Origin: an uncultured Mycoplasmatota bacterium
Lineage (GTDB): Bacteria; Bacillota_I; Bacilli_A; RF39; UBA660
Length of the DNA: 59,383 bases
Direction of reading: 5' to 3'
Assembly (NCBI GenBank): GCA_900553835.1
Contig: USFF01000004.1
Location: 1-59,383 of the forward strand
The translations under genes and the position numbers were made by a program. Each line of letters begins with the position of its first letter. Positions within the stretch are counted from its first letter, which is position 1. Below are positions 7,952 to 18,148 of this stretch, piece by piece. The notes below the pieces were generated by a model. The model saw nothing but the letters and a program-made list of their open reading frames with translations. It did not search any database and had not been told where the DNA came from.

Positions 7952-10416
7952 AAAGACTCCTTTAATATTCCTTCTATAATATTAATCCATTTAACTTTTA
8001 CATTTTCAAATTGATAAAAATTAGATTTAAGAATAGAATTATTTCCAAGTTCACTTTTTTTATTAGTATCTAATTTTAAATAGTTTATAACTTCTTTTGC
8101 CATTTTATGTTTGTCTCTATTACGTATAATGAAACCATTTTTAGAATCAACATTTTCTAAAACACCTTCTGCTGTATCAAATGTAATAATAGGTAGTCCA
8201 AAACTCATAGCCTCAATTACTACTAAACCTAAAGATTCTTCAAATGAAGTCATCATATATAAACAAGAATTTGTCAAATACTTATTAATAAATTCTTGAG
8301 GTTTAAATCCCCATAAACTTATATTATTATTTAAGTTTTCATTATTAATAGTATCTATTAATTTATTCTTTAAAGAACCATCTCCAAAAATATTTAAATT
8401 AACCTCACTATCAACTTTTATAATTTCTTTCATTATATAAATCAAATCTTCAAAACCTTTAACTTCTTCAAGCCTACCAATAGCAATTAGATTTTTATTT
8501 TTAAGATTACTAATTTCACTTTTTTTTGGTACTCTACTTATAGCAAGTGGCAAGTATACAACTTTTTTATTTAAATACTTCCTATATTTTTTTGTCATAT
8601 AATTACTTACTGGTAAAACATAGTCTATATCTAGTTTATTTAAATTATTCATATATTTGTTACTTATATCAAATACATGTTGTTGATGAAGTGTAATTAT
8701 ATCTTCTGTTCTATATTTACTTAATATCTTACTAAACTCATATCTTGTGGATAAGATAATCTTAGCATCAGAATTTAAAATTGCCTTAATTAAAAGATTG
8801 TTTTTATTTAAAAGAATTTTTACCGCCTTATAACCTTCTTTAAAAATGTTTATAACATCAAATTTATGAACACTTTCTAAAAATACATTTCTATTTGAAA
8901 TATTATTCATTAGATAAGTGATTTTCACATTTTTATTAACATTAAAAGGTATTTCAAACTTTTGTTTATAAAGTGAAATAATTTCAACTTCATACTTTGA
9001 AGAAAGCATATTCGCTTCATTAATAATAGCATTTTCTACTCCACCATAGCCTAAATGAAGTGCCAAAATTGAAATTTTATTATTATTAATTTTTCTTTTA
9101 TTAAATAAATTAAAATCATAAAACAAATAAGCAAAATATAAAGAAACGTAAATAGATACAGCTGGAGCTAAATAAACATGTCCTGCGGTTGAACTTATGC
9201 CAATTGTCATCAAAATCATTAATAAATAAAACCATCCTGCAAATGTTAATTTATAAACTTTTTTCTTTCTTAAATTTACATAAACATAAAGAATGTAAAG
9301 AAAAGGAAACATTAGTATTAATAATCCAAATATACCCATGTGAAAAAATATATCAAGTGCATCTATTTCAATTAATTTACTAACCATACGATCATTAATT
9401 CTGTCTGTATTACTATAACCCATACCATAAAATAAATAACTTTTTTCAAAATTCTTATCAAAAATAAGATAAGTATTAAGTGCATAAACATCACGATTAC
9501 TTAAGAGCTTAGAACCAAATTTTAGTGTTTTAACAAGAAAAGTATTTTCTTGAAGAGGTTCCATATTGTTATTTAAATTTTCTTCTATTTCCCTTATTTC
9601 TTCTTGTTCTTTTTCCTGTTCTTTTGTAATTAAATCCTGCATGTTGTTAGAAGATCTTCCATTATACATAACAAAGGTTGCCACTAAAAACATTATAAAT
9701 ATTAAAAACACATTCTTATTAATTTTTTTTATTTTACATAGAGCTACTACAAAAATCATAAAGGTAACAATAACTACTCCAAACAAAGTAACTTTTGTAC
9801 CTATTAAACTAATTGTATAAAGACCCGCACTAAATAATATGACTCCTAATATTTTCTTTTCAGTAATTAATGAATACACAAAAGGAAACATTAAAAGTAA
9901 AATAGTAGAAACTTCGTTAGCAGAATAAAATAAACCTATAGAACCTGAATAATTAGGGTTATCATAAGACTTGAAATTAATATTTAAAATAGTAGGAACA
10001 GTTATAAGCAAAATGTACAAAATAAAACTAAAAATTAAAACCTTAGTCATTAATTTTTTATCAAAACCATATTCATCAAAATAATTTAGTAAAGCAAATG
10101 TCATAACAGGCATATAAATAAGTTTTAACATATAATTCATTTCAGTAAATAAATAATTAAGACTTAAAAGTTCATTGTTAAATAGAAAATAACTAATTAT
10201 ATAAAACACTATAAATATATAAAAATACTTACTTACTTTTTTATATTTACTTTTTGATAAAATTAAAACATAAAGGTATGCAAAAACAATAAGTAGTCCT
10301 TTAAATAAAGCACCTATTGATATAGTACCTGGTGCTAGCCTACTATTTAAACTAGTTGTTAAATCAATAATAGGAAGTAACATTAATATAAAATACACAA
10401 TATTATTTCTTTTCAT
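7948..10416 (-). CDS. Fusion of a polytopic Wzy/WaaL-like (O-antigen polymerase/ligase-type) membrane domain with a C-terminal GT4 glycosyltransferase
   Basis: 822 aa. Residues 1-440 hold about 10-12 TM segments with a charged loop (QEKEQEEIREIEEN). Residues 450-822 read ISILALHLGYGGVENAI ... SFEESLGLVVIEAMSFGLPIITFD, the GT4 E-x7-E type block. Confidence 0.7.
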   Translation of the reverse strand: MKRNNIVYFILMLLPIIDLTTSLNSRLAPGTISIGALFKGLLIVFAYLYVLILSKSKYKKVSKYFYIFIVFYIISYFLFNNELLSLNYLFTEMNYMLKLIYMPVMTFALLNYFDEYGFDKKLMTKVLIFSFILYILLITVPTILNINFKSYDNPNYSGSIGLFYSANEVSTILLLMFPFVYSLITEKKILGVILFSAGLYTISLIGTKVTLFGVVIVTFMIFVVALCKIKKINKNVFLIFIMFLVATFVMYNGRSSNNMQDLITKEQEKEQEEIREIEENLNNNMEPLQENTFLVKTLKFGSKLLSNRDVYALNTYLIFDKNFEKSYLFYGMGYSNTDRINDRMVSKLIEIDALDIFFHMGIFGLLILMFPFLYILYVYVNLRKKKVYKLTFAGWFYLLMILMTIGISSTAGHVYLAPAVSIYVSLYFAYLFYDFNLFNKRKINNNKISILALHLGYGGVENAIINEANMLSSKYEVEIISLYKQKFEIPFNVNKNVKITYLMNNISNRNVFLESVHKFDVINIFKEGYKAVKILLNKNNLLIKAILNSDAKIILSTRYEFSKILSKYRTEDIITLHQQHVFDISNKYMNNLNKLDIDYVLPVSNYMTKKYRKYLNKKVVYLPLAISRVPKKSEISNLKNKNLIAIGRLEEVKGFEDLIYIMKEIIKVDSEVNLNIFGDGSLKNKLIDTINNENLNNNISLWGFKPQEFINKYLTNSCLYMMTSFEESLGLVVIEAMSFGLPIITFDTAEGVLENVDSKNGFIIRNRDKHKMAKEVINYLKLDTNKKSELGNNSILKSNFYQFENVKVKWINIIEGILKESL

Positions 10417-10460
10417 ACTTTCTCACATCACATTAATATTATACCTTATTTTTCCTAAAT

Positions 10461-10486
10461 TAAAAAGCACTAATAACAATTAGTGC
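10461..10486 (-). terminator. Internal intrinsic terminator between the GT2 gene and the Wzy-GT4 gene
   Basis: The stem gcactaa/ttagtgc (10467-10473 and 10480-10486) overlaps the stop codon. A U-run follows on the minus strand, encoded by aaaaa at 10462-10466. Confidence 0.45.
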
Positions 10487-11430
10487 ATCTTAACATATAA
10501 ATCACAATAAATTTTAGTTAAAAATTTATTACTTTTAGTTAATCTTTTTGAAAAATTATATTTTTTAAGACAAGGACTATTTCTCCAATTTTTATTTAGA
10601 TTTTTTAAATAAGTAAAAGCTTTGTTAATAAAATCATTTCTATCTTTTCTAACTTTAATATATCTTTGCTGAATAGTATAATCTGTAAGTATCATAACTG
10701 CTAAATCAGTAATGGAGTCAAGTGGATGATTTGCTTTTTTTAATTCTTTAACAATAATATCTGTTATTTTTAAAATATCAAATATTCTTTTATCTCTAAC
10801 AGTAGTTTCACTATTATCATGAATAACATAATATGTTAAGCACTCATTAACCTTACCAATTTTATTTGCAGATATAAGCATTTTGACTACAAAAGGTGCA
10901 TCTTCATACTTAAGTTTTTCTTCGAATCTATTATTAACATCATCAAATAAAGTTCTTTTATAAAGTTTATTACATGGACCAAGATTAATAGTATTGATTA
11001 AATAAGGGGCATCTTTTAAATTTGTACAATCAAAATTACCAAAAGAAGCTCTAAATAAATTACCACAATCTCTATAAAAGTCACAAATAACTAAATCACA
11101 TTTATCTTTAATAGCCTTATCATACATTTTTTCACAAAAATGTATATCTAAATAATCATCAGAGTCAACGAAAGCAATATACTCACCAGTAGCAAGTTCA
11201 ATACCTTCATTTCTTGACTTACCTACACCTTTATTTTCTCTTGAAATATATTTTATTCTTTTGTCGTTAAATTCTTTAATAATCTCTTCAGAAGTATCTT
11301 TTGAACCATCATTAATTAATATAATTTCAATATCTTTAAGAGTTTGATTAACTAAAGAATCAAGACACTTTCTCAAATATTTTTCACTATTATAAACAGG
11401 AACAATTAAACTTACTTTTTTCATAGCCAC
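10480..11430 (-). CDS. Family 2 glycosyltransferase
   Basis: LIVPVYNSEKYLRKCLDSL and the DxD motif FVDSDDYL; 316 aa. Confidence 0.85.
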   Translation of the reverse strand: MAMKKVSLIVPVYNSEKYLRKCLDSLVNQTLKDIEIILINDGSKDTSEEIIKEFNDKRIKYISRENKGVGKSRNEGIELATGEYIAFVDSDDYLDIHFCEKMYDKAIKDKCDLVICDFYRDCGNLFRASFGNFDCTNLKDAPYLINTINLGPCNKLYKRTLFDDVNNRFEEKLKYEDAPFVVKMLISANKIGKVNECLTYYVIHDNSETTVRDKRIFDILKITDIIVKELKKANHPLDSITDLAVMILTDYTIQQRYIKVRKDRNDFINKAFTYLKNLNKNWRNSPCLKKYNFSKRLTKSNKFLTKIYCDLYVKMH

Positions 11431-12353
11431 CTCAAAATATAATTATAAAATACATATGCATTTAATTTTATTAAATAATTTTTAATTTTAGTTTTTAATT
11501 TATTAGATTTTAAATGATTAAAACACTTATTTTCATTTAAAATTCTTTTATACTTTCTAAAATCCTTATACTTTAATGTCGTTGAGTAATATATTAAAGA
11601 ATTATTAATAAATGAAATAATCTCTTTGCTTTCAATAGATACTAATTTGTTTTTCATAAAATTAGCTTGCTTAAGCATATCATCCATCTTTTTAATTTTT
11701 TTTAAGTAATTATCATTGTTCATCAAACTATTATCTCTCTGAACATAATTGTAACCAATATATGATATTGACTTAACTTTATCAGCTTTAGCAATAATTA
11801 AAGGAGTTAACCCATAATCTTCTGCTATACAGCCTTCCATAAATTTAAAATTATATTTATCCCAAAAGTCTTTTTTATAGCAATACAACCAAGAATTTTC
11901 GATGAAATGATACCTGTTAATATATTTAAAAGCATTTACTCCATCACAAATATCAAAACCTACTTCAGCATAATTGATTACATTATCTTCAAATATTTCA
12001 CGTGTTTGAAATCTTAATATATCAGGACTTTCAGAAAGATTATTATTAAGAGTTTCAAGTAAATTATTTTCAAAATAATCATCTCCATCTAAAAATAATA
12101 TATATTCACCTCTTGCTTTAGCAAGGCCTAGATTCCTTGCTTTGGAAAGCCCTGTATTCTCTTCATAAATTTTAGTCCATTTGTATTTGTTAATAAATTT
12201 ATCTGCAATTATTTCACTATTATCAGAGGATTTATCACACACTACAATCACTTCATAATTGTTATATGTTTGTTTAACAATTGATTCTAAGCATCTTTTT
12301 AAATATTTTTCAACATTATAAACTGGCACTATTATACTAAATTTATTTTTCAT
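11421..12353 (-). CDS. Family 2 glycosyltransferase
   Basis: IIVPVYNVEKYLKRCLESI and FLDGDDYF; 310 aa. It overlaps both neighbouring genes by about 10 nt. Confidence 0.85.
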   Translation of the reverse strand: MKNKFSIIVPVYNVEKYLKRCLESIVKQTYNNYEVIVVCDKSSDNSEIIADKFINKYKWTKIYEENTGLSKARNLGLAKARGEYILFLDGDDYFENNLLETLNNNLSESPDILRFQTREIFEDNVINYAEVGFDICDGVNAFKYINRYHFIENSWLYCYKKDFWDKYNFKFMEGCIAEDYGLTPLIIAKADKVKSISYIGYNYVQRDNSLMNNDNYLKKIKKMDDMLKQANFMKNKLVSIESKEIISFINNSLIYYSTTLKYKDFRKYKRILNENKCFNHLKSNKLKTKIKNYLIKLNAYVFYNYILRWL

Positions 12354-15300
12354 CTATAAATTCCTTTATTAGGTCTGCAACTTGCATAAGTTTTGAAGAA
12401 AAATCATTTTTATAATTTGTACAATCAACATCCAGCAGTTCTTTTAAAGAATCATCTAACTTACTAACGTCTTTATCTAAAAATACAACATATTTATTAT
12501 CCTTTAACATATCTGTAAATTCTTTAAGCTTTTGATTATAAGAACTTATAACTATACAAGGTGTATTAGTCATTAAAGAGAAAATTAAACCATGTAACCT
12601 ATCAGTAACAACTACTTTAGATTTTGCAAATTCTTTTAGTTGATTTTGTAAAACATAATTTCTTAATATTTTACTTATATCTCCAGTATATAAATTATTA
12701 GTAAATTTATAATCCTTATCAAACTTTTTAATAGTTGTACGAATTAAATTGTATTTTTCGTCATCAAGACCACTTTCATCATCAAGGTCCCTTAAACAGC
12801 ACAAAATGCCTTCTCTATCATAGCCAAAGGAATAATTTAAATTTAAAGCCATATCAAAGTTACAATAACTAGGAACATTTTCAAATTTCTTTTTAGCATA
12901 TTCTAAAGACATTTCGCCTCTAGTAAATAAAACTAATTTCTTGTGAGAAGTATAGGCCTTTTGACTTAATTTTAATTCTTCGCCACCATCACTTTCGCTA
13001 AAGTAAATAGTTTGTGGTAATATAAAAATCTTATTATTAGGATAAGATAAAATTATTTCTCTGCGAAGTCTTTCTTCACTGAGCCATTTATCTCCTAAAT
13101 TACCTCCACCTTGCATGAAAATGATATCATCAGGATTTATAATCTTTTGTAAATATTTCATTTTATCATTTATTTCGAATGTAGAAATTTCTATAAGTAT
13201 ATATTCACTAAAATATTTTCTTATAAATTCAAAAGTCCCACATGTTATAGCAACATCGCCAATATTTGAGTGCTCACTAGTTCCAATTAAGAATAATTTC
13301 TTCTTAAAATATAAATTGTTATATTTATTTTCCAATAAAAAGTATTCATCATCTATATTTCTATTTTCATTATTTATGACTTCTTCTTCACTTTTATTAA
13401 GTATTTTTTCTTTTAAATCGTTATGTATTAATTCGTTTTTTTCATCAATTTTCTTAATATAAGAACTAAATTCTCTAAAACTATCTTTTAAATTTAGCAC
13501 TTCTCTTTCAACTTCCCATTTTTTAGAATCAGCCATTTCATTTAATCGAGTTAAAAATGGGTTAGAAATAACATGTAAAATTTTCTTAATTCCTCTTTTA
13601 AATATATTGCGTCTAGTTTTCTTTTTCTTGTTTCTTTTGCTAATTTCTTTATAAGATCTATATATTTCATAATCGCTAAATCTACTAACTATATTAAAAT
13701 CAATTTTACTTAATAATTTATTAATCATTGATACTACTAATTTATAGTTATCTTTTTTATCACTTACATAGAAAGAAAAATCATTAATAATAAAGTTAAT
13801 CAAAGTTTTATATTCGATAGCATAATGCTCATATAAATCGCTTTTCTTAAATATGTCTAATATTTCTTCAATTGAAGTAAGTGTATCCTTAATTCCTACA
13901 AAGGATAATTTTCTTTCTTTATTTACTTGACGATATAAATAGACATCCATATTTAATCCATAAAATTCTTTAGCTTCAGTCATAACTTTAACAAAGAAAA
14001 GTGGATCTTCATAATTTCTATAAGCAGGATATTTTATATTATTATCTTTTATAATTCTAGAATTAAATAAAAATCTAGTACTCCCCCAAGAAGGCCATAC
14101 ATTATATTCTGAGTAAGAATATTTTTTATTACTTTCAACATTAAAACCACTATACCATGCTCTGTTTTTATCAAAACAATAATATCTTTGAGAGTCATCA
14201 ACCACTTTAATATTACCACAAACAGCATTAACTTTTTCATTTATTGCAGTAGTGTATAGCGTTTCAAGTACATCATTACTAGCATACATATCATCAGGAT
14301 CCATAAAACATATGAACTCTCCTTTAGACTTTTCTATTCCATGATTTCTTGACAAACCTGCACCCATATTCTTTTCATTTGTATAAAGTGAGATTCTTCT
14401 ATCAAATTCCATATATTTCTTAATTGTATTAACAGACTCATCATTGCCTAAATCATCAACAAAAATAATTTCTATTTCCTTAAGTGATTGGTTAATAATT
14501 GATATAATACAATCATCTATATACTTTTCAACATTATAAACTGGTATAATAATACTAACTTTTGGATTTAAAACTTTTTCATGCTTAGTAATATTAAATT
14601 CTTCTGGTTTATCATAATTAATTCTCTTAAGTAAAGTTTCATAAAAATCTTGAGGCATATTTATCTTTACTAAATCTAAAAGTTCATCTCTATGTAAAGT
14701 CATCTTAAAGTAGCGCCACATAAATTCATTCATTGCATATTTATAAAAACTATCTAAAAGTTCGCTAGATACATTGTTTTGAGTTAACATAGTTTCTATT
14801 AATTTTAAAATATTAACTATATCTAAAATATTGCGATTATTAAATTTAGAAGCTTGTAATGAGTTGTCTCTATTTATACGATAATATAAAAGATGCTCAT
14901 TTAAAAGTGAAATAGCTTTTGCTTTTATCAAACATTCATAATAGAATGAATTATCTTCATATCTTAAATTCTCAGGAAATAAAATGTTATTCTTTTTAAG
15001 AAATTCTAAGTTATAAAGTTTACACCAAGCAGTAACCGGTGATTCCGAAGTGATAACATCAGTAGTTTTAATTTTTTTATAATTAAATGGTTCTTTAAAA
15101 AGACTCTTATCAAAAGATAAATTATATCCCCATAAATTCTTTTTAACTTTTTTAAGTGATTCATCATAAGAATAAAATGGGAAAATTACCATATCAGCCT
15201 TATCATTTTCAGCTTTCAAATAAAGTTTTGATATTGCATCAAGCGCAATATAATCGTCACTGTCTAAAAAGAAAATATATTTTCCATCCGCATATTTTAT

Positions 15301-15531
15301 ACCTTCATTTCTAGCACCACCTAGACCTCCATCATTTCTATAAATAATTTCAATTCTTGTATCATTTTCTTTCCATTTCTTTAAAATATTAAGAGATTTA
15401 TCTTTTGATTCAGTAAATACACAAAGAATTTGTAAATTCTTATATGTTTGATTGCAAACACTTTCTAAACATTCGTCAAGATATTTTTCAGTGTTAAAAA
15501 CAGGAATTATAACAGTTATTTTATCATTCAT
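12343..15531 (-). CDS. Three-domain enzyme: GT2 + GT2 + polysaccharide pyruvyl transferase (CsaB/PssM-type)
   Basis: 1062 aa. Domain 1: VIIPVFNTEKYLDECLESV ... FLDSDDYI. Domain 2: IIIPVYNVEKYIDDCIISI ... FMDPDDMY. A basic, coiled linker follows. Domain 3: IGTSEHSNIGDVAI ... MQGGGNLGDKW ... VVTDRLHGLIFS, the pyruvyl-transferase blocks. Confidence 0.8.
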   Translation of the reverse strand: MNDKITVIIPVFNTEKYLDECLESVCNQTYKNLQILCVFTESKDKSLNILKKWKENDTRIEIIYRNDGGLGGARNEGIKYADGKYIFFLDSDDYIALDAISKLYLKAENDKADMVIFPFYSYDESLKKVKKNLWGYNLSFDKSLFKEPFNYKKIKTTDVITSESPVTAWCKLYNLEFLKKNNILFPENLRYEDNSFYYECLIKAKAISLLNEHLLYYRINRDNSLQASKFNNRNILDIVNILKLIETMLTQNNVSSELLDSFYKYAMNEFMWRYFKMTLHRDELLDLVKINMPQDFYETLLKRINYDKPEEFNITKHEKVLNPKVSIIIPVYNVEKYIDDCIISIINQSLKEIEIIFVDDLGNDESVNTIKKYMEFDRRISLYTNEKNMGAGLSRNHGIEKSKGEFICFMDPDDMYASNDVLETLYTTAINEKVNAVCGNIKVVDDSQRYYCFDKNRAWYSGFNVESNKKYSYSEYNVWPSWGSTRFLFNSRIIKDNNIKYPAYRNYEDPLFFVKVMTEAKEFYGLNMDVYLYRQVNKERKLSFVGIKDTLTSIEEILDIFKKSDLYEHYAIEYKTLINFIINDFSFYVSDKKDNYKLVVSMINKLLSKIDFNIVSRFSDYEIYRSYKEISKRNKKKKTRRNIFKRGIKKILHVISNPFLTRLNEMADSKKWEVEREVLNLKDSFREFSSYIKKIDEKNELIHNDLKEKILNKSEEEVINNENRNIDDEYFLLENKYNNLYFKKKLFLIGTSEHSNIGDVAITCGTFEFIRKYFSEYILIEISTFEINDKMKYLQKIINPDDIIFMQGGGNLGDKWLSEERLRREIILSYPNNKIFILPQTIYFSESDGGEELKLSQKAYTSHKKLVLFTRGEMSLEYAKKKFENVPSYCNFDMALNLNYSFGYDREGILCCLRDLDDESGLDDEKYNLIRTTIKKFDKDYKFTNNLYTGDISKILRNYVLQNQLKEFAKSKVVVTDRLHGLIFSLMTNTPCIVISSYNQKLKEFTDMLKDNKYVVFLDKDVSKLDDSLKELLDVDCTNYKNDFSSKLMQVADLIKEFIDEK

Positions 15532-15547
15532 TTTTTATCCTCCATTT

Positions 15548-17113
15548 TTATTTAATTTTAACAAACATTAGCTCATCATCTTTTTTTGAATAGCAATCTT
15601 TCTTTATTATTTTACCATTAAATTCTATTTCGCATACTCCACGCCATTTATTTTTTTCAAAAACTAGAACAAGCTTATTAGAATATGGTACTAACATATC
15701 GACACTGTTACTAATAGGCTTTAATAAATCATAGTTTCTCCAACCAATAGAGTTATTTCTTGATAACCATTTTCCCCTAATTAGTTCATTAGCGTTATAC
15801 CAATTGTTATCTACTAAAGCACCAACTAACCATATTTCTTCACCTTGAGCTTTGGGATTTCTCATATTAAGTGCCTTTAGTTTTATGTTCATACCTTCAT
15901 TTAAAGGAACTTTATTAAATTCAGTATTAAATATCCAGTAATATTTTTTTGGTATTTTATTATAATAATTTTTTATTTCTTGCCTAGCTTCAACTATGTC
16001 AACAAAAGGCGCTTTATCATTTTTAAGTTTTTTAATTAACTTATAAGTATAATTTTTAAATTCTTTTCCAGTCTTTCCCCTTACCTTTTTATTAATTAAA
16101 TTTTTTCTAAAAGAAGAATACTCTTTATTATTATCTTTTAGTTTCTGGTGCATAATATTCTTCATACTAGGAGAAAGCCACTTCGCCACACTTCTATCTC
16201 TTAATTCATCAAAACTGCCTAAATCAACTTCAGGAATTACACCTAGTGCTAAAAAAGCATGACCAGCATAACAATATGGATACTTACAATTCTTCCCTAC
16301 ACATTCAAATTTTAATGGTTTATCATATTCAAATATATTCCCAAGGCATTTATCACCAAAACATTTAGTTATTTCACCAGTTTTTAAATTAACACAAAAA
16401 CTCCAATCCCCAGCATAACAAAATTCTATTCTTCTAACTTGCCAAATTTTCTTTCTAAAATCAAATAATTTTGAATCAAATTTTTCCCATTTATTTGTTA
16501 ACTCATCCATATCAAATTCAGAAAGTAAATCAAGACCAGCTTTTCTATCATCTCTTAATATCGTAATATGGGGCTTTGCACCAAATTTATTTTCACAAAG
16601 TTCTATAATTTCTTCTTGATAAGGTATATAATCATCAGAAGCAGCTAATTCAACAGTAAAAGAAATACCACTATCTTTCATTAATTCTACATTCTTAACA
16701 AAAGCATCTAATAAATTCATTTTTTTAAGTTCTAAATAATGAAAAGAAAACTTAATAAATAATCTATCTTTTAAGTCACTTGAAAAATTAGACATTTCTT
16801 CAAATCTCTTACTAATTGTACCATTTGTAACTATCATTAAATAATGTCCACACTCTAGTAAAGCACGTATAATATCAGTCATAACAGGAGATAAAAGTGT
16901 TTCACCTCCGGCACAAAAATTAATTAAACATACCCCTCCAAGTCTCTCTTTAGAAAAAGCTTTTTTTAAATCATCTATACTATGATCAAATTCAAATAAT
17001 TTACCATTAAATTTTCTATTTTGAGTAATATAACAATAACCACACCTTAAATTACATGTTTCAGTAGGTACAAATATATCAATAAATCTCTTTAACTTAT
17101 CCATTAAAACCAC
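15548..17113 (-). CDS. Radical SAM enzyme with a SPASM/twitch-like Cys-rich region and an extra C-terminal domain of about 150 aa
   Basis: CNLRCGYCY (CxxxCxxC), the GGE-type motif CAGGETLLSP, and a second Cys cluster CYAGDWSFCVNLKTGEITKCFGDKC ... CVGKNCKYPYCYAGHAF. The C-terminal tail has no motif I recognise. The start may be the ATG at 17104. Confidence 0.8.
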   Translation of the reverse strand: MVLMDKLKRFIDIFVPTETCNLRCGYCYITQNRKFNGKLFEFDHSIDDLKKAFSKERLGGVCLINFCAGGETLLSPVMTDIIRALLECGHYLMIVTNGTISKRFEEMSNFSSDLKDRLFIKFSFHYLELKKMNLLDAFVKNVELMKDSGISFTVELAASDDYIPYQEEIIELCENKFGAKPHITILRDDRKAGLDLLSEFDMDELTNKWEKFDSKLFDFRKKIWQVRRIEFCYAGDWSFCVNLKTGEITKCFGDKCLGNIFEYDKPLKFECVGKNCKYPYCYAGHAFLALGVIPEVDLGSFDELRDRSVAKWLSPSMKNIMHQKLKDNNKEYSSFRKNLINKKVRGKTGKEFKNYTYKLIKKLKNDKAPFVDIVEARQEIKNYYNKIPKKYYWIFNTEFNKVPLNEGMNIKLKALNMRNPKAQGEEIWLVGALVDNNWYNANELIRGKWLSRNNSIGWRNYDLLKPISNSVDMLVPYSNKLVLVFEKNKWRGVCEIEFNGKIIKKDCYSKKDDELMFVKIK

Positions 17114-18143
17114 TCCTCTTAACTACTTTTTTTCTTTTACTAAGAAATAAAGATAATACTAATGTTGATAAAAGTACATAAACAAACATTCTAAAACTTT
17201 TTTCTCTAATCCAACTTATTATGCTATTAGTACCATATATTTGACTATAAGAAATTCTATCAAGAAAATGAAATAAATATATAAATATATAGTGATAAAA
17301 GAATAAATACTTCGATAAATTTCTAAATCTAAGTGAGTTAATTTTCAATTTAACATTTAATCTGGATAATAATGAAAAAAGGAAAACAACCACAATAGGT
17401 GTAAAAATAAAGTAATCATACTCATTATAAAGTAAACTATAATTATAAAACAAACCGGTTTCAATTAATAATAATACTTGACTAGTTATTAAAATAAGCA
17501 AAAGTTTAAAATTGGTTAGTTTATTAAAAAAATTACACTTATACATAAAGTATCCAATAAATGGGTACATAATTGTAAAAAGAAAATATCTATTTGAAGT
17601 AAACAACTTATCGAGAAAATTAATAAATATTTCATAGTTTGTTCCAACAAAAACATATTTATATGTTGTAAATGATAAACCAACTAAATATCCTATGATA
17701 CTTATGTAAAAAATAATTTTCAATTTTCTATCATCCTTTATATAACAAATTAACAATGTAAAAACAAGAAGCACACCTAAATACCACATTATATTTGTGG
17801 AAGTTAAAGTGAATACGTGAATTATATCTTGAATTAAATTAGAATAATTAAAATCCCAAACCACAAATATATTATATATAAGAGTATAAAGCAAACACCA
17901 AAATATATACTTTTTAATTATTTTAATAAGTCTATTTCTATTATTTCCTTGACTGGTATCATTGTTTTTCGCAAGAAAGTATCCATTACAAATAAAGAAA
18001 AAGGGAACAGCAAGTCTATATATATTTGTATTAATATAATACCCAATTTTATATTCAGATAAAAATTGGGTATGTATACCAATAACGCATATAGCAAAAA
18101 ATAATTTTGCTAAATCAATTAATTGATAGTTATTTTTTTTCAT
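17097..18143 (-). CDS. Acyltransferase family 3 membrane O-acyltransferase
   Basis: 348 aa with about 10 TM segments. The N-terminal block LAKLFFAICVIGIHT and RLAVPFFFICNGYF are typical of acyltransferase_3 proteins. Confidence 0.7.
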   Translation of the reverse strand: MKKNNYQLIDLAKLFFAICVIGIHTQFLSEYKIGYYINTNIYRLAVPFFFICNGYFLAKNNDTSQGNNRNRLIKIIKKYIFWCLLYTLIYNIFVVWDFNYSNLIQDIIHVFTLTSTNIMWYLGVLLVFTLLICYIKDDRKLKIIFYISIIGYLVGLSFTTYKYVFVGTNYEIFINFLDKLFTSNRYFLFTIMYPFIGYFMYKCNFFNKLTNFKLLLILITSQVLLLIETGLFYNYSLLYNEYDYFIFTPIVVVFLFSLLSRLNVKLKINSLRFRNLSKYLFFYHYIFIYLFHFLDRISYSQIYGTNSIISWIREKSFRMFVYVLLSTLVLSLFLSKRKKVVKRSGFNG

Positions 18144-18148
18144 AGCAA

